From positions 376,216,001 through 376,280,000 of the forward strand of contig OZ024743.1 in the NCBI GenBank assembly GCA_964016885.1: DNA of 64,000 bases, read 5' to 3'. The stretch's first letter is position 1. The number at the start of each line of letters is the position of its first letter. The translations under genes were made by a program, and so were the position numbers. The notes beneath the pieces are model-generated. The model worked only from the letters and a program-made list of their open reading frames with translations, had not been told where the DNA came from and searched no databases. This DNA is from Eledone cirrhosa (taxonomy: Eukaryota). Shown here piece by piece: positions 39,014 to 52,849 of the stretch.

Positions 39014-39705
39014 TTATTTATGTATATATATATATATTTATATATACGTATATACATATATGCATACATACATACATATATATATATATATATGTATATA
39101 TATATGTATGTATATATTGTGTATAAATATTCATATATACCCAAAATATCAATATATAAAGCTATTTTCCACAGTATTTAAACACTAAGAAGATTTAGCT
39201 GACAATTACGATCAATATTTGTATAATATCCGAGCTTTATGAAGGGCAAAATATATATAAAATTCTAACGTAGCAACAAATGGTGTTCTTATTCACAGAT
39301 GGTGTTGGTTTGATTGGTCAATGAGGGCTTTTTGAGTGTTGTGTAATTAAGTGCATATCGCCTCTCGCTCCAGAAGAGATTGATATACGATGTATTACGA
39401 TATTATACGGCGTTTCCCGATGTTTGACGATATTTCACGATATTTCACTTTCAAGCAATAATCACCAACTAATTAAATTTAAATGACATGACAATGGCTA
39501 GATATAAATATCTGGCATTAGTATATAATACAGTTTAATGTCAACTGTATTATATGTATGTGAGTGTGTGTGTGTGTGGTGTGGTGTGGTGTGTGTGTGC
39601 GTGTATGTCTGTCTATGTGTTTGTGTGTGTGGTGTGTGTGTGTGTGTGTGTCTGTGCATGTATATATATATACACGCACGCACATATACATATATTTATA
39701 TATAG

Positions 39706-39900
39706 TTTTAATATAGAAATGGCTTCTACAGGACTAAAACTGTTTCATTCGAAGGAAATCACCAAGAAAGCCCTGATGATTTCCTTCGTATGAAACAGTT
39801 CTAGTGCTGTAGAAGCCATTTCTATGTTAAATATTTATACTCTGCTATGTATTGAGTGCCTTAATTACTGTGGTTACCCCCGATCCCGATTGAACACGGG
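39706..39900. mobile_element. Foldback element with degenerate hammerhead at its centre
   Basis: Arms 39706-39761 / 39775-39831; CTGATGA-TTTC-cttc-G(T/A)AT-GAAACAGTT; tail resembles 30510-30620. Confidence 0.65.
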
Positions 39901-40026
39901 ATACACACACACACACACACACACTTCAAGAGATGTCAATATGAATAGACCTATTATTTTTATCTAAAGACATTTTTTCCAATTCCATCTCGCCCGTCCC
40001 CTTAATCTATTTTATTTCTCATTCTT

Positions 40027-40062
40027 TCTTCTGATGAAGGACTAGCGTCCGAAACGTTAAGA
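40027..40062 (+). ncRNA. Minimal (Penelope-type) hammerhead ribozyme motif
   Basis: TCTT-CTGATGA-A-GGAC-tagc-GTCC-GAA-ACGT-T-AAGA; palindromic ACGT stem III. Confidence 0.8.
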
Positions 40063-40146
40063 CCCTCTTCCTGCTATATCAAGAGTTAACCTAATATATA
40101 CCTTCCATATACTGTACCGATTGTGTTGTTATTTCTGTTTACCTTT

Positions 40147-40190
<44 letters not shown>

Positions 40191-40501
40191 TAGATGAATA
40201 AAAGTTCGTTTGTGTAGGTCAAATCAGGTATTTTTTGTATGTAGGTATGCTTAATTGTTTTATTTTTAAAATGCTTTCTTTCTCTATGACTTTTATTTTC
40301 TTAGAAAGCAAAGTTTTGCATTGGTCCCTAAAGTAGTACCGTGGACCCCGAGGGCTCCACTTGCCATCAGGCATTTATCTCTGCATCCCAGCCGACCGAC
40401 AAAAATGAGGATTGCATATCCCTGGTCGGTAAGCCCCATGTTATGATATGCATAAATACACACACATATCTATATGTATACACACAGATAATTATATTTG
40501 C

Positions 40502-40549
<48 letters not shown>

Positions 40550-40767
40550 TCAGATGTATTTACAGATATATATGCATTTATACAAGCACACACACACACA
40601 TATATATATATATACATATAAGCTCGCACACACACACACATATATATATATACTGTATATATACATATATATATATACATACTATATATATGCATATATA
40701 TATACACATATATACATACATACATATACATATATATGTATACATATGTAAATTTATATATATATAT

Positions 40768-40818
<51 letters not shown>

Positions 40819-40986
40819 TACACATATACTGAAACAAGAACACACACAAATACAAACATATATATGTAAATAAGACTATTATTTATACATACATATTCAT
40901 ATATACATATATCCAAACGTACACATACATACAGACAACACACACAGACACACACATGCAGAAAGAGAGAGAGAGAGAGAGGGAGC

Positions 40987-41023
<37 letters not shown>

Positions 41024-41559
41024 TATATACACACATATATATTTCATATATTCTTTTTATTTACCAGCATTATCATTCTCTTAAAAACGGAATAAAATAA
41101 AATATAAAGAACCCCATAACAAAAAAAAAAAAAAAGAAACAAAAGAAATGAAAGGAAAAACTGTGAAAACAAACGAATAAACTTTCTTAGTCTCTTAAAC
41201 ATAATATATTTGTTGTTGGGAGTAGTTAGGTCATGACGTTTCTCAGATTGTCGGATCAAGGTAGTTGGAATGAGATTTATGGTAAGTTGGCGAGACTTGA
41301 CTCCGAAAAGCAGTCGTGACGCCGCATATTAACTTGTGTAAGCAGTTAAGCAAATCTGTCGATCTAACCAGCAGACAGAAGCACTTGTTTTCCATTATGA
41401 TGGCTGTAACATTTCAAAACAACAACGACAGCAACAACAACAACAACAAAAGTGAGACTGTAGAATATAGATAAGACATGTGCTTCATACATATACGCGC
41501 GCTGAAAGGTAATAAACAGTTTCTTTTCGGGTTACAAATCGAGTGAATAATATAATATA

Positions 41560-41860
41560 ATTGTTTCTACTTTTGGCACAAGGCCAGCAATTAACCAGTG
41601 TATTACTGGTACTTTATTTTATCGACCCCATAAGGATGAAAGGCAAAGTTAACCTCGGCGGGATTTGAACTCAGAATGGCAAGGGCCGTAACTTCATGTG
41701 TCAAAGCATGGCGTCCGACCCTCTACCGATACTGCCAATCCAATATCATATAATATAATATAATTGTTTCTACTTTTGGCACAAGGCCAGCAATTAACCA
41801 GTACATTACTGGTACTTTATTTTATCGACCCCGTAAGGATGAAAGGCAAAGTAAACCTCG
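41560..41860 (-). mobile_element. One full and one partial tRNA-derived SINE in tandem, separated by (ATATA)n
   Basis: Consensus match at 41560-41741 and 41763-41861. Confidence 0.85.
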
Positions 41861-41899
41861 TAATATAATATAATAAAATAAAGATAATAATTATATACG

Positions 41900-42274
41900 T
41901 AATAATGATGATGATGATAATGATGATGATGATGACGACGATAATGTCATACGTAATAATGATGATGATGATGATGATGATGATGATGGTGATGATGGTG
42001 ATGATGATGATGATGACGACGACGACGATAATGTCAATCGTAATAATGATGACGATAATGATAATAATAATTGTTTTTATTTTTGGGGCACAAGGTCAGC
42101 GATTTTAAGGGAAAGGGAATGTCGCTAAAAATGAACTCCAGTGTATTACTGGTACTTTATTTTATCGGCCCAGTAAAGATGAAAGTCAAAACTAACATCC
42201 ACAACAACGACAACAATAATGACAACCATAACAAAAACATCCCCAACAACAACAACAACTACCACAACAACACC

Positions 42275-42306
<32 letters not shown>

Positions 42307-42525
42307 CCACAACTACATCCACAAAAACAACAACAACAACAACAACCTCAACCTCAACAACAATAACATCCATTACAACGACGACAGCAACAGCAACATC
42401 CACAACAACCACAACACCACTAAGCACGGCAACAACAACACTAACAACAGCAACAGCAATCTATTGTTGTCTGGCTGTCGTCACACTGTTTATCGCTGTT
42501 GCTATTGTTGTTATTGTTGCTTTTT

Positions 42526-42558
<33 letters not shown>

Positions 42559-42560
42559 AA
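41900..42560. repeat. (GAT)n/(CAA)n/(CAC)n trinucleotide low-complexity region
   Basis: Direct inspection; gives spurious poly-M/T/N ORFs. Confidence 0.9.
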
Positions 42561-43113
42561 ACATCTTTGACAGTCAACAATATACAGAGTGTCCCCCCAA
42601 AAATGTATACACACATCAACAGCATTCTAATAAATATGTATATACATTTTTGGGACACTCTGTATATAAATATATAAACTCAGGAACAGTGATCACACCT
42701 AGGAGGTTCCAAACTAAAAGATATCATGATTATATATATATCTTAATACTTATCATATTCTATTTCAACCTTCACCGCCACCACTAAGCAGCCATCTTCT
42801 TTAATACGTTTATTGCTAAAACCTACTCTGTGTCTGAAAATAATGCAAGAAAACGTTGTCGTCATAGATTTTGCTTATCACCCGAATAATACACAGTTTC
42901 AGTGCTTTATTCTGTGGTAAATACAGTGCACCACACACACACAGGCACACCCACACGCATATATCTAAACACACACACACACATTTGCGCGCATATACAC
43001 ACATGCACGTACACACAAATACATACATATATACGTATCTACACATATACAAACACATACATACACATTTAGATATACAAACACACACACGCATATACAC
43101 ACACAAATATATA

Positions 43114-43160
<47 letters not shown>

Positions 43161-43184
43161 ATGTATATATATATATATACATAC

Positions 43185-43227
<43 letters not shown>

Positions 43228-44023
43228 TTGACATACACACGCGCACCCACATACATACATGCACACACACACACACATGATTTATTTTTTCTGCTCACCA
43301 TTGCGATATGAGACCAACACTTATCTCATCTCTCCACCCCACAACCCGTTTATATATCTCCTCCACACCACCACCACCACCACCGTTACTACAAAACATA
43401 CAACCTCACACGCACACACATACACACACACGCATACACACACACACACATATATATTCAAACACAAACACATACACACACACACATACACACACACGGA
43501 AGAATGCATACACTACACTACACACATGCTACACTACACTATACTACACTATATACATGCACACATGCAGATACACAACCACACACACAAACAATCAAAC
43601 ACACACACAAACACTCAAACGCACATAGATGAAAAACAAACACATACAGAAGCAGGCTCATATTACAGTACATACGCACGTACACACACGCACATGTATG
43701 TACACACACATCCACATACACATGCTACAGAGTACAATTCCCTATGACAGAGTTAACTCTGTTAAAAAGGAGGCTTTTTTAAAAATAAAGTTGGAAAAAT
43801 AAAACGAAAAAGGGAAAAAAGGTAACCGCACGCACATACTCAGTGGATAGCTTAAAAACCGTGTTTGTATGTATATATAGAAACATACATCGTGATATAT
43901 ATTTATATGCACACGCATATATACATACAAACATACATACATGCATACATAAATACATACATACATACATATAATTTATATATATATATATATATATATT
44001 CATACAAACATACATACATATAT

Positions 44024-44594
44024 ACATGGTGGCTGCCAACTCGTTTTCGAGTACGGCCACTACTTTATATCCATGTAGGAGAACCCCTACCGATGCGCTG
44101 AACAAGTGTAACTTTTTAGTCCAGCCAGCGACTTGAAAACTCTGGTACAAACACTACACTTGTGACAATTATTGACACATAGTGCTGGGCCCATGGTACC
44201 ATGTGACGACAAGTGCAGAGAGATCTCTAGATACAAAGCAATGCCTGTGCCGTGAAGCTTATAGTGAGCAAAGGCACTGCACAAAGCCAGTCCCACTCTC
44301 TTAACCAAGATGATATTTACCAAAAAGAAGAACAAGTCAACATCATTGGATACCATCAGAGTTGCAGGTGTTATATCAGAGTTTTCCTTCTCCTAGAATT
44401 CTGCCTTGACAAAGGCTAAGGGGTCATCTCTCCCGGTGATTTTGGATGGCCATTGACTCTTAAGAGCTTCTTTGCCCTTTGACAGGTTTTGGTTTTTATT
44501 TCTGCAGGATGTCCAAAGTCACCCTCCTCACCAAGAAACCTTGGTGGGGTTGCCAGTTTAGTCGCCAAAGACACGACCATGGGACAGGTTGTAC
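44024..44594 (-). mobile_element. Second copy of the ~570-bp dispersed retro-repeat
   Basis: Collinear with 35528-36097 and has the same termini. Confidence 0.8.
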
Positions 44595-44627
44595 ATACAT
44601 ACATATATAAATACATGCATACATATA

Positions 44628-44660
<33 letters not shown>

Positions 44661-44883
44661 CATACAGGTATGCATACACACACACATATACATACAAACA
44701 TACATACATACATACATATTTACTCTTTTACCTGTTCCAGCCATCCAGCTGAGGCCACGCTGGGGCACGGCCCTTGGCATATATATACTTTTATTCATAC
44801 ATATAGATATATACATACATATATACGCATACATACATACATGATGGCGGCAAAATCTGCTATATACATTTATACATACATAT

Positions 44884-45048
44884 AATTGTTTCTACTTTTG
44901 GCACAAGGCCAGAAATTACCCAGTGCATTACTGGTACTTTATTTTATCGACCCCGTAAGGATGAAAGGCAAAGTTAATCTCGGCAGGATTTGAACTCAGA
45001 TCAGAAAGGGGCGTAACTCTGTGCTACAAAGCATGTTGTTCGACCCTC
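44884..45048 (-). mobile_element. tRNA-derived SINE (same family as 1563)
   Basis: Consensus match. Confidence 0.85.
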
Positions 45049-45809
45049 TATAATCTTGTTTCTTTGTTAGAAACCGACTCCATCCCTGTTGGCGAATATT
45101 TATAAAATAATTAAACCAGAAGAACATGTATATACAAATTAAACACAAACATGCTTATGTGATTTGGGATTTGTCCGCTAAATTATCTGGTTTCTATTTC
45201 AGTGCCATTGAATAACACTGTATGGTCGAATGGATAAGATGTTCGCTTTAGGTCCCGGGCTCGATCTCACTGTATGACATCTTAGGTATGTGTCATTTGC
45301 CACAGATTCGGATCGGCCTTAGAGTCCTTGCTTTTCCCTTCCCTTTCCTCTCATTTATGGCTTTTATAGTCCTTTCTTCTACATTCCTACACAGCCAGAT
45401 CTGCGCTTCTTTACCCACCCATTCCCCATTTGTAACGTTATTTATACAATTGTAAATAAAGCTTATTTTTCATACCCCCCCCCCCCCCAAAAAAAAAGAA
45501 AACCTTGTCTTGTGAATGAAACTGGGTTGATTTAAATTGTTTGGAAATCTGTCGGGATGGGCTAGATATAATTCAAAAGTCCAATCTTGTCACACACCAT
45601 GTCACGCTAAATCTCTCTGAAAATTACGTTTAGAGTACACGTGTCTATGAAATTCCCCACCAACTTAAACGTTAATTCAATGAGCTGGCTGTTCCGTTGA
45701 TCGAACAAATGAGACACTCATCGTCAAAATTGAAGGGGGTCCCTTCCATTTCTACATTATGGCACTTAAAGCAAGTGGTTTCTATAGCCTCGAGTATAAA
45801 TTTAGAAGT

Positions 45810-46192
45810 CATGGTGAAAAAATGCTGAAAAAATGCTGAAAAAAATGAGGAAACAAATGAGGGAAAAAATGATGAAAAAAATGAAAAAATGATGAAAAAA
45901 AAAACGATGAAAAATGATTTAAAAAACGATGAAAAAAAAAACGACGAAAAAAAAAAGATGAAAAAAAAATGATAGGGAAAAAACGATGAAAAATGATGAA
46001 AAAACAATGAAAAAAAATATGAAAAAATGCTGAAAAAAAAATGATGAAAAAATGAGGAAACAAATGAAGGAAAAAAATGATGAAAAAATTATGAAACTAA
46101 CGAGGAAACAAATGAAGGAAAAATGATGAAAAAATGATGAAAAAAATGATGAAAAAATGGTGAAAAAACGATGAAAAAATGATGAAAAAAAT
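45810..46192. repeat. A-rich minisatellite (AAAAAATGATG-like, ~11-12 bp)
   Basis: About 30 degenerate units by eye. Confidence 0.9.
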
Positions 46193-46299
46193 TCCGATTA
46201 TAAAACCAAATGGAAAGTCAATGAAAGCAACAGAACAAGTGAACTAATGACAACAATGAATAGAATTTTCGCTCTTCTCAACTTTCTTTGTCTTATCAA

Positions 46300-46560
46300 A
46301 TGTGTGTATTGATGTGATCTCTCTTTCAGTCATTGACTCCCCTTCTGTCGCTCTCCCTATCTTTCACTATTATAAGCAAATGGGTGCTGGCGGCATTGCG
46401 GACCCGGCCGACAGAATGGAGAAGGCCTTTCCCCGGTGGATGGTGAGGGAAGAGACATTCTAGCTCACCAAGCTCACACCTACGGGTAGCCAACTCCGTG
46501 GCGATGGTGGTGTATAGGGAGGTGGTCCTAGGGCCAAGGACTCTTCAGTTGAGGGAATAT
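46300..46560 (-). mobile_element. CRE-like retrotransposon 3' fragment (family of 2985-3240)
   Basis: Reverse complement contains GGAGTTGGCTACCCGTAGGTGTGAGCT and CCCATTTGCTTATAATAGT shared with the 3 kb copy. Confidence 0.65.
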
Positions 46561-46839
46561 GCACTGAAGCCCGCCGTATATGTGTTGTGTGAGTGACCGT
46601 GTCTGTGCTGTGCTTGTGTTTACTCTTTGTTTATATATCAAAGGTTAGATGTTCAACAAACAGAGATCGATAAAATGTGTACCAGACTTTTTAAATATTT
46701 GGAATAATTAATGAGGCCAATATTATCAATAAAATCACTTGGAGGCGACAACAGCAATAACAACAACATTACTACCAACTTCAACAACAAAACAGCAACA
46801 ATAAGAACAGCAAAAAGAATATGAACATGAGTAATAACA

Positions 46840-47332
46840 TCAATAACACTACCACCACCACGACTACCATAACACCCCACGACTAACATCACCCCACCCC
46901 ACCCCAACCACTGCCACCACCACGACTACCACCACTACGACTACCATCACAATGAGGACCATAACAACCATCACCACCACCATCACCACCACTATCACCC
47001 CACCACCAGCAACAACAACAGCAGCAACATCTACCACGACCACCACCACGATGAACAACACCAACATTACCACCACCACCACCACCACCACCACCGACTC
47101 CATCATCCTACCACTACTACCACCACCACCAACAACAACAGCAGCAGCACCATCACCACCAACAGCAACAACAACACCACCACCACCACCACCCCATCAC
47201 CATCACCCTCCCCTCTCCCCCACCACAACCACTACCACCACCACCAACAACAACAACAACATCACCCACACCCCCAACAACATCACCACCACCACCAGCA
47301 TCAGCACCACCATCCCCACCACCACAACAACT
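46840..47332. repeat. (CAC/CAA)n low-complexity tract
   Basis: Direct inspection. Confidence 0.9.
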
Positions 47333-50106
47333 ATATATAAAATAAGTGTAAGACAATAGAAACCAAATGATTGTATTGTTTATATGTTGCTGCTTGTCAG
47401 TCAGAATTAATGTCAAACTGTGTAGCAACAAAATATATTCAGCGAAATATCTCTTAAAACTGTTTAGTTTCTCATTAGAAATCTGCTAAAAATGTCCGAT
47501 ATAGCAAAACTTAACAACGATTTTAATATCGTTCTTTAAAACAAAAAACTTTGCAATGAATCTAATATCGTTCGATTAAACAAAAGTACTTAACGATCAA
47601 ATTTTATTTTAATATTGCCCGATAAAAACAAACAAATTAATAAACAACAACAAAATAATAATGATAATTAATATAAAAGATAAATAGAAATAAAATTTAA
47701 CAATGAATTTAAACTCATTTTTAAAGTTTTGAATCTATAAAAGAGAATTGTTTTCGATTTTTGTACTAATTCGCTAGAGAATGGAGAAAAGCAAAAACAA
47801 AACGAAACAAAACACACATATACATATAAAAAAAAACAAGTTTATTTCTTAATTAACGAAATATGAGGATATCAATTTTACAGATATCTCTTGAAAAATA
47901 TTATGGGATTTTAATAAGAGCGCGATTCTATCTCCCAACTAAATGTTCTTTATATATGCATATAATAATAACTTTAAATTCCATGTTAATAATTAAAAAC
48001 AATAAGAGAAAAGAAAAGAAAAAAAACAGAGAAAAAACCCCCCAAAGATAAAGCCAAAAAGCCAAAAATAAGGAGTGTGGTTTGGAGTGGGGTTTGGTAG
48101 GACATGCAGTGAGTTTGTTTGCAATGTTTGAAATTGTAATTGTTATAATCCATCATTTCATTTTAATCTGCAGTAATTTAGCAAAATTAATGTGATCGAG
48201 TTATGAGTCAGAGTTTTATGATAGATTAGATAATTATTTTATCACTCTGAAATATATATATAATTTTTGGTTTTGTTTTTCATTTATGTTTGTTATTTTT
48301 TTTGTTGGTTTTTAAGGACCATTATTGAATTTTGGGGCCAATTTGTCTATACATGTTATTATATACATGTATATATATAGTTTTCCTTCATTCTCTCAGA
48401 TAACTGATCATTAAATAATATAGTGATAAATAAAAAAGATCTGGGTTAAGAGAGCAAATGTAGAAAAATGTAGCCACGTTCCGTGGAATGATATCTAGCT
48501 AGAATTCACCAGAGAGAAGAGAAGAAGGAGAGAGAGGGAGAGAGGGAGATAGCGAGACAGATAGAGAGAGTAAGGGAGTGTAGAGAGAGAGAGTATGTGT
48601 GTGAGAGAGAGAGGGAGAGAGAGAGAGAGCGAAGGGGAAGTAGGCATATAGACAGACAAAAGAAAAAAAAATGAAACAATTCTGTATAGAAATACGATAG
48701 AATATATTTTCGGTACATATGTAAAATCTACTATATATAATGAATATAGGAAGTTAAGGTCAACTGACAATTTCACTCACAGGAGCATTAACGATGTAAG
48801 TGCAGTAAAATTTACTCCAATAAGACCTATTATTAAAAATATTCCAGCCATGGCCATCCTGTCTTTTAAGGGTATGTAAAATTACAATATCTAATGTATC
48901 CTTTTCTCATTTAAAAAGATAGAGTGTGATTTGAGTGAGATTTATAAGTAAGAAGGAGCCAGAGGATGTGTGTTTAAATGTTTTATATAGTTTCTTATAT
49001 AGTTCTTTAATATTTGTTTCTAAAAATATTTTCCAATTTTACTTCAAGTTTACTTCAACTAGTAAAATATGGCATTATTCAAAGTAATAACTCGTTCATT
49101 TCAATCTGATCTATAGTCTGGTAACTCGATTCAGTCTTCTATCAGAACGATATGCAGTAAAGTCGGTATTATATAGCCGATAGCATAATACTTCTGTTGG
49201 CAATGGCGCTTGCCGGAGGCTGTGAGTCGCTCAGACAATAAATAATGTAGAACGAATACGACACAAATTAGTGAACGAGAAGAATTGACTTTCCAATAAA
49301 CGCCAGAAATACAGTTGACGACCTTGGCAAAGTGGTCATGCTATGAACTATTGCAGGGAATGCCAATTCTTTCTCTAACGACTCAATAACTGTCAACGTT
49401 CGTCTGTGTATTAACCCATCTGTAACACCGTGCCGAACAAAGATTACGTGTAGCTTTTTCATTGGTTGATACGCTGACGTGAAATATTTATGTGTTATGC
49501 GGCTATTGATTGGTTGATTGAGTTCTTGTTTTTATTGCTTAACATTTTCATAGCAGCCAAATGTTAGCATAGACCCAGCAATATAGTTCACATTTTACCC
49601 ATCTATTGCTTTGCTACTTCTGCTCGTAATTCTTTGAAAGAACAATAATTGTATATTAAAGAAAATGCTAAAATGGAGAATTTTAGTTTTGAATAAACTA
49701 TATTTAAACATTAATCAGAAAAATGTCAAGAAATTTCATTTTATTTTCCAGATCAATTATTCTGTTATGTGGTGAGTGCATTCAACCTAGTTACCCTAAT
49801 CTTAAAATAAAGAGTAAAACCAAGCAGACGACCGAACATATTTTATTTATTATATGTAGTTTTTCCTTAACAGAATTATGACAATGTTAAGTGATATATG
49901 TCACATTTTCTTTAGAGGCTACGTAGATATTGGACCAATAATCTTTCATTGAGGAGATTGCCAAGAAAGGAAAGCGGAAGTTTGAAATTGCAATTGTATT
50001 GGTTTAGATGAGACAGTTTAAAAAACAACAAAACCATGTTGTCAAAATAGTGAAGTTCTATCGTTCACAAGCATATAAATTCATGTTTGTTTTAAATAAT
50101 TAAGAC

Positions 50107-50412
50107 AGTGGCTGAAGGTGTTAAGGTTTTTGACTCACGATCGTAAAGTCGTGATTTCGATTCCCAGTTGCACGTTATATCCGTGTGCAAGACATTATAT
50201 TTTACATTGCTCAAGTCTACTCAGCTGAAAAAAATTTATTGTAATTGTAATTCAAAGTTTCAGCCTTGTCACACACTGTGTCACACCGAATCTCCCTGAC
50301 AATTAGTTAAGGGGCACACGTGTCTGTGGAATACTCAACCCGCTGCACGTTAATTTCACGAACATCCTGTTCCGTTGATCAATCAACTGAAACAGACACC
50401 GTAGAAACCGAA
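50107..50412 (+). mobile_element. Second tRNA-derived SINE family (CORE-like middle); 3' parts also at 21290-21500 and 45570-45726
   Basis: GTGGCTGAAGGTGTTAAG A-box-like, GATTTCGATTCCC B-box-like, GCAAGACATT..CACATTGCTC-like body; shared CTTGTCACAC..GAATCTCCCTGA..CACACGTGTCTGTGGAA. Confidence 0.7.
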
Positions 50413-50659
50413 AGATTTCTCTTCTCCCAACTGAAAGCCATGTGTAATTAGATATTCTGTTATATAAGTACAAAAGAGGCAGTATTGAACAAAGAACTTA
50501 CTTATTTAAAAAGACCGTTGACGCTGCCTTGTTGATACTATATTCCATATATTAGGTTGAAAAAGAATCAAAACATATTACCATTATTCCTGTAGATATC
50601 AATATATCGTGACTTGACAGGCCGATTCCTTCTCGTGTCAGTCGCCGCCGAGACCTGTC

Positions 50660-50748
50660 ATGTCTTCTATCCCCGAACTGACATTTTCCTCCATCAAATC
50701 TGGACGAGTGCACTCCACCTTAAGAAGGAGCTTTCTCTCTCTTTGTCC
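50660..50748 (+). CDS. Candidate first coding exon of an unidentified host gene (MSSIPELTFSSIKSGRVHSTLRRSFLSLC..)
   Basis: GC-richer unique island 50596-50748 bounded by acceptor TTATTCCTGTAG and donor CC|GTGAGT; ATG in gtcATG context; no homology recognised. Confidence 0.25.
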
Positions 50749-51079
50749 GTGAGTTATATCCCTGCTTTCCCCTTTCCTTACTTTCATTTTTTAGTATTTA
50801 ACATTAAAAATATTATATAATTTAATTGAAATTTGTTGAATAAAGGTATATATCATGAAACGATTGTAAAATTTTGAAAGTTTTTTTGTCATGTTGTAAT
50901 TTATACGTAACACCCTCTTGAAATTTTGAAGTTAGCGCCACAGACCCTTAAATTCTATCTTTATTGACATCCAGGGCTTCAGCGGCCACAAGTTGAAAGC
51001 TGTTAACATTTCGGGCTTTTGCCTTTTAAGAAGGTGAAAGTGGCTTTTTAATGCTCTGCTAAAGAGCAGCAATAAGAAT

Positions 51080-51306
51080 TTTTGGATACAACTATCGAAT
51101 GTCTCAGGAAAGAATCGCTGGACAGATTTTATGGGCAAAACCAACTGACTGGAGACTCAGGAGTACACCTCGAGCAAGATGGTTGGATAACATCCATGAC
51201 CTTGACTGGTCTCGCTTGGGGATCCAGTCACATCAGTTGGAGATGTTGCTTCTCACAGGACCCGTTGGAAGGAGTAAATGAGAACTCTGCCCTCATGACC
51301 CACTCA

Positions 51307-51380
<74 letters not shown>
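51080..51380 (+). pseudogene. RTE-clade LINE 3' fragment with (AAT)n tail
   Basis: RMSQERIAGQILWAKPT..TPRARWLDNIHDLDWSRLGI, homologous to 23868-24090. Confidence 0.75.
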
Positions 51381-51381
<1 letters not shown>

Positions 51382-51798
51382 GAAGAAGACACACATGGTG
51401 GATAGAAGGTCGAGAAATCGCTCCCGTAAGTTTTGATTTTTTAACATATTTAAATCAATTGTGAAATAACAATTCTTAGTACAAATGTTGCATAAAACAT
51501 CCGGCTTGAGTCCCAAAAAATTCGGATCCATAATATATTGTTATATCGCTCAAATATTCAATTTTGTATTATACATTTTATATTCAAAAAAGAAAATGGT
51601 TATAAATGGAAGAAAACCCCTTCTGTCTACACTATATAGAACAGCCAAATAACAGCAATTTCACCAACATAAGAAACTAGATATACAACCTACCCCATCA
51701 CCCCTCTGTGTACACTAAACACAACAGCCAGATTACGGCAATTTCACCACCACCACCAATTTCAGCATAATAATAATAATTATTATTATTATTGCCTC

Positions 51799-52674
51799 GA
51801 GTTTTAGTTTTAACAAAATGTTTAATTCCAATATTAAGAAAATATGTCAACACATATACGCGACTAACGATAATTTCACTAAAGATAATTTCACCACCAA
51901 TACCACCACCACTACCACGATGAAAACTCTGGTCAAGTCGACTCAAATTTCTGCTCCAACTTCAACACCATCACTACAATAATACGACCACATCACCACC
52001 ACCACTGCCCCATCATCGCTACCGCCGCTATTCTCTCCCACTACCTCCTGCTAGTTGCTGCTAGCACAACACCGCCACCACCAACCACCACTGCCTCATT
52101 ATCACTACCGCCGCTATTCTCTCCCGCTACCCCCTGCTACATTGTAGAATTCCACTAAAAGAGGAAAACATCAAAATATATAAATAGACTGAATTGATGA
52201 CCCGGTCAAAATAAAAAAACAAAACAAAAATCAAAATCAAGTTTTAGTTTTAACAAAATGTTTAATTCCAATATTAAGAAAATATGTCAACACATATACG
52301 CGACTAATGATAATTTCACTAAAGATAATTTCACCACCAATACCACCACCACTGCCACGATGAAAACTCTGGTCAAGCCGACTCAAATTTCTACTCCGTC
52401 TTCAACACCATCACTACAGTAATACGATCACATCACCACCACCACTGCCCCATTATCGCTACCGCCGCTATTCTCCCCCACTACCTCCTGCTAGTTGCTG
52501 CTAGCACAGCACCGTCACCACCACCACTGCCTCATTATCACTACCGCCGCTATTCTCTCCCGCTGGCCCCTGCTACATTGTAGAATTCTCACTAAAAGAG
52601 GAAGGCATCAAAATATATAAATAGACTGAATTGATGACCCGGTCAAAATCAAAAAAACAAAAATCAAAATCAAA
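51799..52674. repeat. Tandem duplication, ~440-bp unit, two copies
   Basis: AGTTTTAGTTTTAACAAAATGTTTAATTCC starts at ~51800 and ~52241; both end CAAAATCAA. Confidence 0.9.
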
Positions 52675-52849
52675 GCAGCACAGCAACAACGAAAAACGTA
52701 AAGGAAATAAAAATGAAGAGAAAAACAAACGGACGGACAGAGAAGGGAAGGGAAAAACTAAGTCAGACATTCAAACACTACATTACAATGAAACTTATGC
52801 TTATTCATTTTTGGTTTTTTTTTCTGCCTGTTTGTTTGTTTATTTGGGT

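Noticed and set aside
40305-40428. Plus-strand exon candidate (AG...GTAAGC) with one open frame
   Set aside because: Isolated, and the peptide is not recognised.
41210-41400. CpG-containing unique stretch with TGACG motifs and a GTAAGT
   Set aside because: Promoter-like appearance only; insufficient evidence.
45810-46192. Repeat array as CRISPR or coding repeat
   Set aside because: Degenerate A-rich minisatellite with no spacers; eukaryotic context.
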